From Lingula anatina (taxonomy: Eukaryota; Animalia; Brachiopoda): 64,000 bases of DNA. The stretch covers positions 20,770,001-20,834,000 of the forward strand of contig CM120640.1 in the NCBI GenBank assembly GCA_051362555.1, given 5' to 3'. This document shows, piece by piece, positions 26,236 to 40,400 of this stretch. Each line of letters opens with the position of its first letter. Position 1 is the first letter of the stretch. The notes beneath the pieces were generated by a model. The model was given only the letters and a program-made list of their open reading frames with translations, was not told where the DNA came from and did no database searches. The position numbers were made by a program, and so were the translations under genes.

Positions 26236-29200
26236 ACATTTAGTTTTATTGCAATTTACATAAAGTCTCGTTCACGGAATCTTTGTTCATGTTATTTCCA
26301 GATCAAGGAGAATACAATGGAAAACAACTTAGCTGAGTTCGTTGTTCGCCTCTGGAGCAGTTATGGTGTGGGTGAAGATATCTCCATAATTGACAACATA
26401 TTTAAGAACACGTCCCGTCGTATCTATTACAGAGAAGTGAACAGCGTCACACTGGAAAATGTGTACAATGTCAGTATTAACAGAAACGTGTTTTCAAATC
26501 CGTTTGCTACACGCGAGTTTGTTGCACCAAAATATAAGCCCATGGAATACATCGATGTTTCAGAAAATTGTTGGGACGTCGCAGAGGCTGTTGATGTCTA
26601 TAAAAGGTACGCGGTAGCAGTAATTTGTAATCAGACTCTCATTTTTTAGATTTCAAATTAGTTACATGGCGTGAATAATATAGAATTTCTAAACGCAGAA
26701 CAACTGGACTTCTAATATACCTGGTGCCAGTCGTGTTTTATAATTGTAAAAATATATCTCGTCGTCCTCAAAGAATTTGGAAAATTCTTATGTCATCACC
26801 CGTTGAATTTCAGAGTATTGAGTATTTATGAAGATACCACTCGGGCTGACGTTCAGCTGTGGCCAATGTTTTTAAATGGTACTTGTGGTCACGTAGCCCC
26901 AACACAGAGACCGGCGGGGTGGGGATTCAGCGACATCCAGGATACCGGTGGAGAGGTCGATTCATTAAAAGATTTAGGTACAGTACAAGGTACCGTCATT
27001 CTTGGACGAAGCGTAGTAATCAGGTATGGTATAACGTTCTGTTTATAATTTATATACCTTGGTTTTTTATTCATGTCGATAAACGTGCACTTTTACAATG
27101 ACTATGACTTAACAATATATTCTAAAATATTCTACATTGAAAGATATGCAGTAACAGTTTTAAAACTACGTACGTGTAAACAAAAACTGATTTTCAGTAA
27201 ATATTACATAAAAATATCAATTTCATTAACAAATTAATTAACGAATTAATGAAAATAGGTATAATAAAAAACACAGCTTTTGAGTTAAGAATTACATTGT
27301 TTAATCTTTTTCATGCAATAAAAAAGCATTCAATGTGTTATCTTAAATAAAATCAACATTGTTCTATAACGACTAACATAACCTACTTTTTACGTAGACC
27401 AAAAGGTGTACTGTCTGCGACGATCGGATCAAACTTAACCTTACGTTTTAAGCCTGGGCGAGGTTTAATTGTAGCAGGTAGGACTTACATATATGTTTTT
27501 TTCCATCTGGAAGAATCACATAATGATCAGATGAGTCGGTTTTTCTTTTCCCTTGATATTGGGGAACTCTGATTATTGTTTCTTCAATTACACACACTGG
27601 ACAATAGAAGTGTTACCCCTTGAATCAGAGTAATCAAAGTTATTAACCTGAAGAGGCGGAATATAAGCAATGTCAGAATATCGATACAGTTGAATTGTTC
27701 AGTCAGAACCGTTTCTTTTGTGATATTTGATGTTAATTAAATGATACCAGGAGCATATCATTCCACAGTCAGTTATCTCCCCCAAATTATTGGTTCAGTA
27801 GGGGTGACACTTCTATTGTCCAGTGTGTTTAATTTATAAAATACCTGAAAATGTAGTATCGTGGATTTCAACTATTACTTACAATTTGCATCTTTTGTCA
27901 TGCACTGTGCCTGAAATGAAATTGCTTTCGACCATTCTGTTCCTTTATGCAGGGCAAATGCTTCTCGACAATCCTCGAGGTTCACCAGTGGTATTTACCT
28001 CTGACAGCCCTACGTCCAGCTCTAGTGGACGATGGAACGGAATTATTTTCGAGCCAAAAGACGGTATGTCAGGGCAAAGTCGAATTATCTTTAAAAGTGA
28101 CTTGCATGACAGTTTATGTAGTGCAAAATTGGCAGTCAATTTGGTTTTATTAACACCAGAAACTCGTACACACACACACACACGATCAACTACAAAACCA
28201 GTCTGCCTGAAGAAGATCTTGCGATAAGGTCGAAACGTCGTGATCTTTAATTCAACGTAAGGTGATGTATTATATTATATTTCCTTATTTAATCACAGTA
28301 TAATATACTTAGATGAATCAAAATATTCACTTTCATAGAAGTGAAAATGCTCGTGTGTATGTGTATGTGTGTAAAATTACAAGTTTTTGGTTATATCGAA
28401 ACCAAAATAAAATGCAGAAGAATTTAATTTGGTGATACAATTATTTCTTCAATTTTTATGTATGTCTATTTTTAAGTTCCGACCAAACGCAGTTCAATTC
28501 CACTGCTGTCATATCAATTAGATCTCTAATCAGGCACACACATTTTTAACCAATAAATTTTTTATCCATTTTAGGCCAACACAGCCTTTCCTTTGTCACA
28601 ATATCACGGGCAACGACATGCCTGACTATCAGAAGAGCCAACTTTACTGTGGGTTCTGTTGTTGTTACGGACTGCTCTGGCGTTGGCATCTCCTCTGCCT
28701 TGAATGACCGTGCATCCTTCGTCAAGATTTTCAATTCAACTGTAAACGCCACTGCGTCTCAGGGTATTCAGATGACTGGGCAGAGTGATCTCAACCTGGA
28801 CAATGTACTGGTGAAAGATACTGGCAGCCATGCGATTGAATACAGTGCAGCAGGTGACCTAATTGTGACCAACTCCGTAGTCAATAAGAGCAGCTCTTAT
28901 GGTATCATCAGGTCCTCTCAGAACGGCGGCGTTAAAATCATGAACAGCCAAATCACGGAAATCAGCAGGTCTGGGATACAGCTCAGTGCTTATTATATGG
29001 ATTATGTAAATATCGAGGGAAATTATATCGCACGCACCAGTAGCTACTACTCAAATGATTGGACGTTAGCTTTGTACAGTATTTCATACCCGGTTACTGT
29101 GAAGAACAATACAATAGAAAGTAATACAGGTGGGGGGATGGTTGTAAGCTTTAGTTCCTATTCAGATATCTCCAGTACTATTATATCGGACAATATTTTT

Positions 29201-32200
29201 AGAGATAATAGAAAAGGGGGTCTGTGGTTGCAAAATGTTTGTCAAAAGGATGTCTTAGTAAGTAACAATCGCTTTGAAAACCACGATCTTCTTTCCGAAA
29301 CCGTGCTGAAAATTACCGCTTATCAGTACACTAGCCAAGCAAAGAATATTACAGTTCGAGGAAACGAACTGATTGACAATTCTGGACAATTCATACTCCA
29401 AATACAGAACCAACTTGCCAGTAAATGCACTATCCTCGTTGAGGGTAACTTTCTCAAGGACAACCGTGTATTGGAATCCGTCGTCGTCACAGAAACCGGA
29501 AAACCTTGGATCAATTACAACATATTTTCAAACCCATCAGCAGCCTATGATCTGCGAGCATTCTATACGGACGATGAAATTTTAGATGCCAGGCACAACT
29601 GGTGGGGCAGCAGCGACCATAACCAAGTAAAATCCCGCATACAGGACCGTGAGGTCAGTGCCAATTACGGAAACGTAAGCTACGTGCCGTTCTTGCTGTC
29701 GCCAGAGTTTTCTTGCAACAACGTCAACAACTGCTCGGGCAATGGGGTTTGCATTCGACCAGATACCTGTGAGTGTAATATTGGCAGGAAGGGGGCGGAT
29801 TGTTCGCAAGCATCCTGTGCCCAGGTGTTTGAATGCCAAGGGCGCGGAACGTGTGTTGGACCAAATACCTGCCAGTGTGATAGTGGCTGGATGCCCCCGG
29901 ACTGCGTGAGAGCCACCTGTGAGGGGAGAAATAATTGTTCTAAACATGGTTTATGTATAGAACCAAACAGGTAAATGATTAGTTCTTGAAAATAAAAGGT
30001 CCACCTATGTGTTAATAACGCACAACGAGTACTATTTGAAATCATCAATAACCACTGCAGCAGAACTTACGTTGCATCGTGATCCATCATTTCATTATCT
30101 CTTAGAGAAAAAAAACAAAACTTCTAGCCTACCACAAAAATATTTCTTGTGGATTCTCACCTTTGTTTATACAGAGTATATGATATGAAACTTGTTTTTA
30201 TGCATTTTAGATTAATTTTTCCACATGTGAAGGTATACATTTTATTCCGGTGTTATTTTTGAAGGTGCCGTTGTTTCACGCGTTATCAGGGAGATAATTG
30301 CTCGGAATGTTCCGGGAATCACTGGGGCCCTGAATGTCGTCCGTGTCAACCGTGTGTGCATGGGTCATGTGATCAACAGACAGGTTTGACATCATATTTT
30401 ATTAATGGTTATTTTTCCTTGCGTATTTATGTAAAGATGTTGTAGTCCATGGCTGCTTCATTAACCATAACTTCATTTTTTAAAGCAATTGCAGCCCTAC
30501 ATATTTATACATTCGACTTTTCGGTTGCATTAAATCGTATATAATTAAGTTACAACGTACAATGAACAACATCAAAAGTACAGTGTAAGTTCACACATCA
30601 CACGATATGACAAACATATGGTACATGTGCATGTGGGAGTAAGGTGCATTTTTTTTAGGATCGTGTGTATGCAGCGGCCCTAATTGGACTGGAGATCAGT
30701 GTAACCGCTGTAGTCCAAAGTTCTATGGTCCAGCCTGCTTGCCTTTGATGCGTGTTTTGTCGGTGGCTCCTGATGGAGGACCAGATATAGGGGGCACTGT
30801 AGTCCGCGTGACAGGACACAACTTCCCTAACTCCACCGAATATTTGTGCAGGTAAGGCAAGGACTAATATCTAGAAAGTGTTATATATTCATAATTGATC
30901 AATGAGAAAAGTTTTGGTCGTTTGCCATACAGATGGTGGCCAATTCAGTACATAAGAAAAGGGGGATTAAATGTCGCAAATTACTAAAAACCGATTTATT
31001 TTGGCTCATTTTAACATTAATGAAAGATATACACCTTTTGAGTCTAGAGAGATATTTCTCTGTTTTCCTTGACTGTCCCATCATATTCAAGTATTTCCAA
31101 GATAATTAAACTACATTATGTATCGCGATTTCGGTTTCTTATCTAATTCAATCTGTCGATGGAATACTTGACATATACAAGCACGCATTTATGGCACAAC
31201 AGATTCATATTATGATATTCGTATTTACGTACTAGGTTTGGTAGCGTAGAAATTCCAGGCACATGGATATCCACAGAGGAGGTAACCTGCAAGGCACCTA
31301 AGCAAAACCCCAACACTGTACGAATTGCTATCCGGTCACAAAACGATGGAAGCTTCAGCACTGAACTGGTAAGTTCCTGAAGGATCGTAAGTTTGGGATC
31401 CTTTTTGAGTCAAAGATTGTATAAAGTAAGTCTATCTAGAAGATTTTCACATATAGTAGATTGCGTCTGTAGAAATACTACTGAATGTACACAAGTGAAG
31501 AAAGCGCTTCGGTTCTCAATAAATGGCAACGCCGTGCAGCATTACTCGAACCTCAATATTTAAATTTTATAATGTAGTAAATCGAATTCAGCCTACTTTA
31601 GTAGCTCTACTATTTGAATCGCACAGGTCTTTTTTACCTACTACGGCATATGCCCGGCTTCAGCGTGCGGTCGCCTGTATCAGCCGCCTAGAGGTATATG
31701 CTCCTTTGGGGAGTGCCTGTGCTCAAAGCCGTGGTCCGGTGATAATTGCACTGTCCTGAGACTTGCCCCCAAGATCGCAAATATTCCAAACCTGGTGGTT
31801 ACTGAAGGAGAGAGTGTAGAAATCCCGTTATCATTAACCGAGGTAGATTTTTTTTTACAACGTGGCCATGGAATGTTCAAGATTAAGATAATAAGAAGCA
31901 TGTTACAAGCGTTTCCATTATCTTATTATTGATTTTAAATTAAAAAAAAAACGTATGTTATAACGCAATTGTGAGAGAATTGAGCTAAATGGTTCAGTCA
32001 TAAAAGGTATAAATGGGTAAATTTAGCATGAGAAATTCGCACAAACCAAACATTTTTACATATATATTCTTGAAATGTCATTTAAAGTGTATCTGCACTG
32101 GCATTTGAATATGATAAAAAAAACAGCCAGTTCAATTACCCCTTATACATGTACATGTTATGATAGGGTTCGACACCAGTTGAATGGAGACTTTTAGGAT

Positions 32201-34649
32201 CCCCCAGCGGCATGGCTTTGGACTCTGGCTCCCAAATCATCCGCTGGGATTCAGCCGTGGCATCACCTGCGCCGTACACCGTCGGAGTATCAGCCCAAAA
32301 TGACATAGGCTCTGACAGGAGACAGTTTAACCTGACTGTGAGAAGATCTTACGAGGCAGAGCTAGATCCGGTTAATTACGGCCCATTCATCAGTGCTACA
32401 CCAACTCTACTGACTGGAAGAGTGAATTTCATTGAAAGCTCACCATTTCGCAATAGCCCGGTGCCTGTGAAAGTAGTGTAAGTGTTTTAAACTCCGGCGC
32501 ACAGGTTGAGAAACAGACTGAACTCCTGATAGTTTAGTTCTTTGATGTCGCCAATAATGAATTAATTGCCTTTTTGGTTTTTGTGAATTGAACCATGCAC
32601 AGATAATTATACACGATAGTTGCTGAACTCTCATCCACCTTGTGCGCTGGACATATTGTTACACCCTTTTTTTTTTTTCAACCCGTAAGATATCTGTTCA
32701 TTTCCATGCCAATATATTGCAGTCCAGTTTAGGCAATACGCAAAAATTATGTAAACTTATTTCTATGATGGAATTTTACTTTCATTTCATTAAGTGATTT
32801 ATTTTTAGAGTTGTATCACAGACCTCGGGTTCTAGACGAGTACTGAGTGCGACCACCTTCGCTCACAGCAATACTTTCTTTGTCCGATTTTATCCATCTT
32901 CATCCGAGGCAGGCATCTACGTTGCTGTGAGTATTTGTAACTGATTATATTTTTATTAATTGTTGGTTTAATTCAGTATAAAATAATTAAGCTGTGACAA
33001 TTTTCCCAAGTTTAGATTGTTTAAAACTATAGGATAAGGAAGGATATCTTGAACAGACAATGTAACAACGCCCCTCTTTATTTCGCTTGCATTTTTGGGG
33101 ACGTATTTCACTATTTTCTTTTTTTTTACTGTTTAATGTGTGCATAATATATGAGATTCCGTTGACGATAAATATATCCAAAACTATGCTTAGCATACCG
33201 TTTGTTTAACCTAATGAAGGGTGCATCCCATCCAAAAGATCCACAAGACTACAATCAGACTAGATGGTCATTCCTTGGGATGACTGTATCGCCAAGATAC
33301 CTGCGTGTCGGTGGGTATCTGGGATTTTATTCCTACAACGAGAGTATGAAGGTGACGAATCACGGAGGTGATCGGCTGCACAACGTTACAGTTCAGGTGA
33401 GGAACAAATTACTTTACCAGCTAATAAAGAGCCTTTTCGTCGCTGTTTTTGTGTTTGGTTCAAGTGTTCTAAACTGTAAATATAGCTGCAGTGTGTATAA
33501 ATATTCAATGAAAATGAGATAAAAACTGGCATGAACCCCTTCTTTCAACGGGCTTGCCACTGCTTGGGAAATGAATTTTGACCAAAGTTCGTTCTCCAAG
33601 CAATAGCAAGCCCGGAGTTACAGCTAAGAGCTTAAAATAAAACTACTAGAAAAGGGGGCTTACAACACGTTCCGTTTTGGGAAGACCTGCAGGACTAACC
33701 CGTGAGAAGTCGGGTCCATATTGTACACCCTTTCTGTCGTCGCATACACGACTTGAACTTAAAACAGGCAGGTAAATTAATTTTGGTTTAATTGATATTT
33801 AATTTAATTACTTAATTATTCATGATTTTTACGTTAAAAAGTGGAAAGACACAAAGTTTGGTTCGTGTCAGCTATTTGCATGGTGTCACAGCGTCAGAAA
33901 TGAGATATCTGAACAAATTTGGTTATTTCAGATTCCTGAATTTGTCACCGGAATCGTGACTTTGAAGCAGACCGGTGAAGGAGTCTGCACGTCCTTCCCA
34001 TGCTCCCTCAAACGAGTGTTTCAACCGGGAGAAGAAATCAGTCTTGATTTAGACTTTTCTGGTAAGATAATGCTTACAGATTTTTAAAATCAATTTTGGC
34101 AAAATGAAAAAATAAAGAGAAGATAAGTGAACAAATTCTTATTTAACTATCTGAATGAATATGAATATGAAAACACAGAAACCGATAGACGCGTAATTAG
34201 GTGAATTATTGGATAAATAAATAACTTTAAAAACAGCTGCAATTCGTCCTCTAAATCTCTCTTATTGAAAAATCAACCAGAACTAGAATGAAGTCGACAT
34301 TCCCTTGCAGTGACCCGGTCGGCGAGTGGGTACTTTGAGGTGGCATTCGTGAGTGGGGAACAGGTGTATGCTTCTGGTCAGGTTAACTACAATTTTCAAC
34401 CAAAAATGCCAACATTGACTTTGACTCCAAGTTCCATCAGGACATCGATATCCAGGGGAAAAACTCGGCTCTTTGAGGTAAGTTGGTCGACATCCCCCCC
34501 CCCCCCCCCCCTATTGCCATACCTGACACTGAGCAGCTCGCGGACCGACAATGTGTTCGGTTTTATGAGGACGGCTGTATAGCAGAAGACGGTCGTGTCG
34601 ATACGGGGCCACCCATCAGTGAGTGAAATAAACACGATTTTAGCCTTTG

Positions 34650-34720
<71 letters not shown>

Positions 34721-37405
34721 GGCGCATCCCGTTAAAAACCTCAGTGCGCCTTACAATTAAAGAACTAAATAACACAATTGAGAGAGATTTAAAAATGACA
34801 AAATTGCGAGCTAAAATGGCTAATTTAAAGTTAACTATAAAGATTACAGGTAGTTTGTCAAAATTCTAAAAGTTGGAGTCTAAGACTTTATGATGATGAT
34901 ATAGAATTATCAAAAGGACAAAAGATCTAAAAGAATTAAAACTTGGCTTGATCAATCACAATAAACTGTTTAGGCAGAGTGAATGGCGCACAATTTTTCA
35001 GAATTCTGATTGTCACAAATTACTGCAATCCTCCCTTCCTTATAAAAAAATTTGGTAACCGGATCTTTATGTGTTGTAGAATATATGGCATATTTTATTT
35101 CTTTAGTAAAGGTTGGAGTAGAACATTTTGGACATTTATTTAGGTGAACGTCACTAACAGTGGCCTTGCCACCGCACACAACATCTACGTAGATCTGGGA
35201 TCAGTGGACATTCTATCAGTGGCTTCCTTCAGCAAGAAGGGTGATCCGTCTACCGAGGATATTAAGTTCCATCTGGATCAGGGGGAATCAGCAACTCTAG
35301 TTCTTTCTGCTCTGATTCAACAAGACGCATCGCTGGGGCAAACAGTCGGGAATATCCTTGTGCGATCTGACGAAGTCGGCTCGAGCATTAACTTCAGGTG
35401 AGTAAAAACTTACCCAATCGGTCCATTTTGGAGGTGATGCAGGTAGGGCTGCTGCCATGTTGTTATACGTTGACGTAGCTTGCAGTGAAAAAGTTCTGAA
35501 GTCCTTGGCTGACGTCTGTCTGGCAGCATACATGCTATTCTGTATACACAGTACCAGATAAGGTCTAGTCGCCCTGTTTTTTTTTAAGTAAGATTTTGCC
35601 TATATCTATGTGAAGTTGGATTTGGAACCCCTGGACACAACCTAAAACCGCCTTGATGTGTTTTCAGAATCACGACTACCTCAACTCGCCTTGTGAACAT
35701 CTTCGTTCTTGTAGAAGACGAATACACGTATTTTGGCACAAATAGATCCTATCTAGCCAACGCAACTGTCCACCTTAGAAACAAACTAGAAAATATACGT
35801 TTAATAGCTAAATCTAATGCATCAGGTGAGTATCATAAAATGGGTCCGTGTTGTTTCATTTTAATCAATTTATTTAAACCAACATTCTTTGAAAGCAGTG
35901 AATGCAAATATAATTTAATAGACCAAAGCTGCTGTAGTCCTCATCATAAATATATTTTCATAGTAATTTAAAGGTTTGTAGGTGTCAGGGTCACAAAATA
36001 ATAATAATAATTTCTACAATTTTCAGGGATAGCTGTTTTCAAAGATGTAGCAGAGTCTTTCTATGATGTATATGCCGAGGCAGAGAAACACACCCCATCG
36101 TCCAAAGTTATTGCGGCAAATGAAGACCAAAATTTAGTTCGAATGTTTCTGGAGAGAACTGGTGTCACATACAAGTAAGACTAAGTGGATATTAATATTG
36201 CATACGTATCGATATCAAATGATTTTCGGGAATCATAACCATAAAAAATAACACTCAATTTTTCTTTAAATCTCAATTAGAAGGGAGCACATAATTTGTA
36301 TGTCATTGAATTCCTTATTTTTTATTATTTATACCTATTGTCTACAAAAAATTGATTGTTTCACTAATAATTCTTGTATACAAACTGACCTCCTAAAAAC
36401 TTTTTTTCCACAGTTGGAGAGTAGAACCAGTGACGTTTGAGGACAAATACGTCATCACTTTAGAGGCAGATTTTGAAACTCAGGTTCCAATGCCAGTTGT
36501 CACCATAGACCCAAAGGAACTGGATCTGGACGTATTAGAACGTTGTGCATACGGCAACAGCATAACATTTACTGTAACCAACCACGGTCTCATACGAGCA
36601 GACGATTTCCAGTTCACTTTGCCAGATGCAAACGCACACCCTTTCTTGAGATTCGCAATGGTAATATTCTTGTTTATAAGTATCTAATAAGTCTTGCAGT
36701 GTTTTGTGAGCAATACATCTAATGAAAGAATAAGAGAGAGTCATAATGATATATCACATTAGATTTCGCTTTGCAAAACACAAAAACACACTTTTTTGGG
36801 ATTGTTGGCAAGACCAGCGTTTAAACGAAAATCTGTTACCAGCTTTTGTCATACCAGGCTTCATGTTTGCATGGTGAGGTATGTGGCACAGAAGATCCAT
36901 TTTTTATGCAAGCCAAGTTTAGCATAAATGTGCATTCTCGTTTATCGATTAGTGTAGGTCCCTTTATAGTTTTATAGTTTCACGTCCAATGACAAAAACA
37001 GAACGTCTGTTAGTGTCTAATGTGTGAAAATTGTTTTATTTTCTACCAGTCTCAGACAAATCGACAATAACTACATGACTGCTCTTCAAATGAAAACATT
37101 TTTTCAGGCACAGGATGGTCCTATCGGCGGCATTCCTGCCAATACGTCCGTTCAGTTTTCTGTACTGGTATATGGGTGTGGGGTGCAGGCTGAAGCCACT
37201 GGTCTTGTCCCTGTCGTTGCTCGGCAAAGAAGGGCATTTGGAGGCACTGTGTAAGTTAACTGCATACGCATGCATACGCTTCTTAGTTGCGGTGCATGAT
37301 GGACATAAAGATCAGTACGACTCCAGCAAGGACGTTGGCTGTCAATGATGCAGTTTAGCTAGTAAAGACATAATCATTATCTGCTGGGTATATTAACTGT
37401 TAATA

Positions 37406-37447
<42 letters not shown>

Positions 37448-40400
37448 TGAATCAGCTGTTTACCTATACATACCTTTTCATTCTCTCACTGCAGGTGTAG
37501 CAGCGGTTTTTCTTTCAGTGGTTCATACTCGTACATTTGTGACACCAAAAGAACAAGGAGTTTTTCAGTGCCTGCTCGACCCAGAACCGCAAGACCGGCT
37601 TGTATCTCGATAATAATAAATCCTCCTCGCGGGGGTGGAGGGCCAGGTGGAGGGCCAAGTGGTGGCGGCTGCTGTGCGGGTAAATACATTTAGTTTTGTG
37701 CTCTCACATTCTCTTTCTCATTCATTTTTTAAAAACACAAATAGCTAGCTACATGTTTGTGCACAACTTTTGGCTTGCACAAATTTTGGTTTACACAATA
37801 TTTGGTGTACACGTGTTTTGGCTTGACTCTGCAACCACACTAATTGATATGTGTGCACTATTTGTTTGGAAATAATTTATTAACTGTATAGACTAGTAGA
37901 TTTTTTTAGGCGTAAGCATTACGTAAATATAGGATATCAATATTCAACATAATTAAATGTTTATATCACTAAAAAGTTTCACTTTTTATCAGAAGGGCCT
38001 TCAATAAGTGCGGCCGTCATCGGCCAAATTTCGAACATCATACTTGAGTTTGTCCTAGTCTTTTAATTGGTATGTCATATTATTTAAGTCGATTTTGATC
38101 AAGGAGAAATAAATGTTTCTATTGTTAGAAAACGAGTGGTGACATATTGGCCCACATATTTTCACTGTAGGGTCCACTCTTCTATGTAACTATACGACGC
38201 TATATGCACTGTATCACGTTAAGTCTACATACATGTATTTTGTTATTAATTTCAGTGCTACACATTCGATTCCGTTCTATTGTATCCATATTCTAGGTTC
38301 TTCCAGTCTTACCGTCACTGTCACTCAGGACGTGTCTTGTGAAAAATGCGTACTGAACGTTGTTGACTGTATACTTGGAAACGTTCCACCTTGTAAGTAT
38401 AGAGATTCTTTGCGGTCCAAAATGTCCGCCTTTAGATACAACATAATTGAACTTAGTTTTACCGAATATTAAAAAATTGCAGCTTCATTCATTTTGGACC
38501 GAAGGCGAAAAGTTCACAATTTTACCAACTGAATGCTTTTTTTTCTTTCATGATTTTTGTCACGCTGTAACTACCATAGCTGTTGAGTCTATACTGCAAA
38601 AATGTATAACCAACATACATGTACCTTATAATTACAACAAATTATTTTTGACAAATTTTATTATATTTTTTTATCCACCTAACGTTTTTTTTTTTTTTTT
38701 CGATATAATTCAATTGGTTTGTGCGTCCTTTTTGCATAGATACATGCGTGTAAGATGAACGTTGCATAAGACGCGTTATCTTTATTTCGTAGTCCCGTTC
38801 AGTTGTGGCTATACCATTGGAACAAAGGCTCGTCCAGGAGCTCTAGGAAACGGCGGCGCAGTGGGCTGGGCAAAGGATGTAGCAGACGTTGTTTTTGCCT
38901 GTGTTCCCGCTTTGTCTGTCCTGTCGTCAATTTGGGGAGGCCTAAGGTAAGATAGAACTAACATATACTAGTAAGTGCTGAAGAAAAAAAGATAAGATGG
39001 GAAGGAAATGACCATAGAAAACGTTATGCTTAACTTTGCCAAGTTAAGCGGAAAAGGACGTTTTAAATCGCGTCGGCAGATACGATTGTCTGTATATAAT
39101 GGTGAGACAATTACTTCTAGGCTGGTTATTGTCTGTATATAATGGTGAGACAATTACTGCTAGGCTGGTAATTGATTGTATATAATGGTGAGACAATTAC
39201 CAGCCTAGCAGTACGTGCGCAATTGCATCCAAAAAGTCAGCGCAGAAATGTATTGACGCAGGGGCTAAAAGGAAGCTCTATATGCTGATAAGATTGACAT
39301 CATATATATTTATAGGAGATTGTGATTTTTACACATAGCTATATGAGATTCAGATAAGAATCTGTTTAAAATTCGGGTCGATTTTGAACTTGATATTATT
39401 TATCATCAATCAGGTGTATAGAAACGATTGGAGACGCATGTTTACCGTCAGTGTCATATGAAAGAAGACGGAGGGCAATAAGTTTACTTACAAAAGAAGA
39501 GGTCGCTCCCATCTTAGCCTACAGGGTTCAGTCGCTCCAGAATCTGGTTCAGTTGATGCTCATGTTCGTTGATGAACCAGAACAGTGGTAAGTATATCTT
39601 TAAAGGAGAAAATTATTTCACTTATATTTTATATAATATATCAGGATTTTTCTAGATTTTAAATGCATAGCGCTCACGTGCAATTGGCAAATGGCTTTCT
39701 GTTATCTGCCATATGTTCTTTTCAATTTCCATCGTTTTAGAAACCTTTTTTTCTCTATATCTAAATACGCATTTGTATATCATTTAAGGCAATTTGTGGA
39801 CGCCAACGTGTGGTGGAAAAATCAACTCCGACCTCTGCTGGCAGACGACAGTGACGGCGGCCATCTGATAACTAGAGCTGAACTAGATTCCGTTCGAGGA
39901 ACTAATCCAACAAACATGTCTGAAGTCATGATGGAAAAGTTTGTCACGAGGCTAAATAATTCCTTGACTAACTGGGAAAATGGAATACTTGAAGGGCAAG
40001 GAGTCATCAGTTATAACAAGGCGTTAGAACGTATGAACAGAATCACCAACGATACACGGACCGCAAAAGATGTTAGTTCAAATGGGTAGTTTGATTACTA
40101 CTTTTTCCTTAACACGTTTTTAAAGAATATCTTGAGAGATAAAAAATGTATTAAAGCTGTGTTACATATCAATGATATTAAAAGGGTGTACAATGTTTGT
40201 CGCAAATACTGTAGTAAATTTAGATTTCATAACGAGAGGAAACAAGCCTGCAGAGATTTGCACTAAGGACTCCATCTAGTGTTTTTTTTATTTTTATTAT
40301 ATTTTTTTATTTCATTTTTTTTTTTACAAAATGTGCGCATTGAATCCTAATGTTATAAGACACATATGTTTCATTGGCGAAAAATAGATCAATAGACAGT

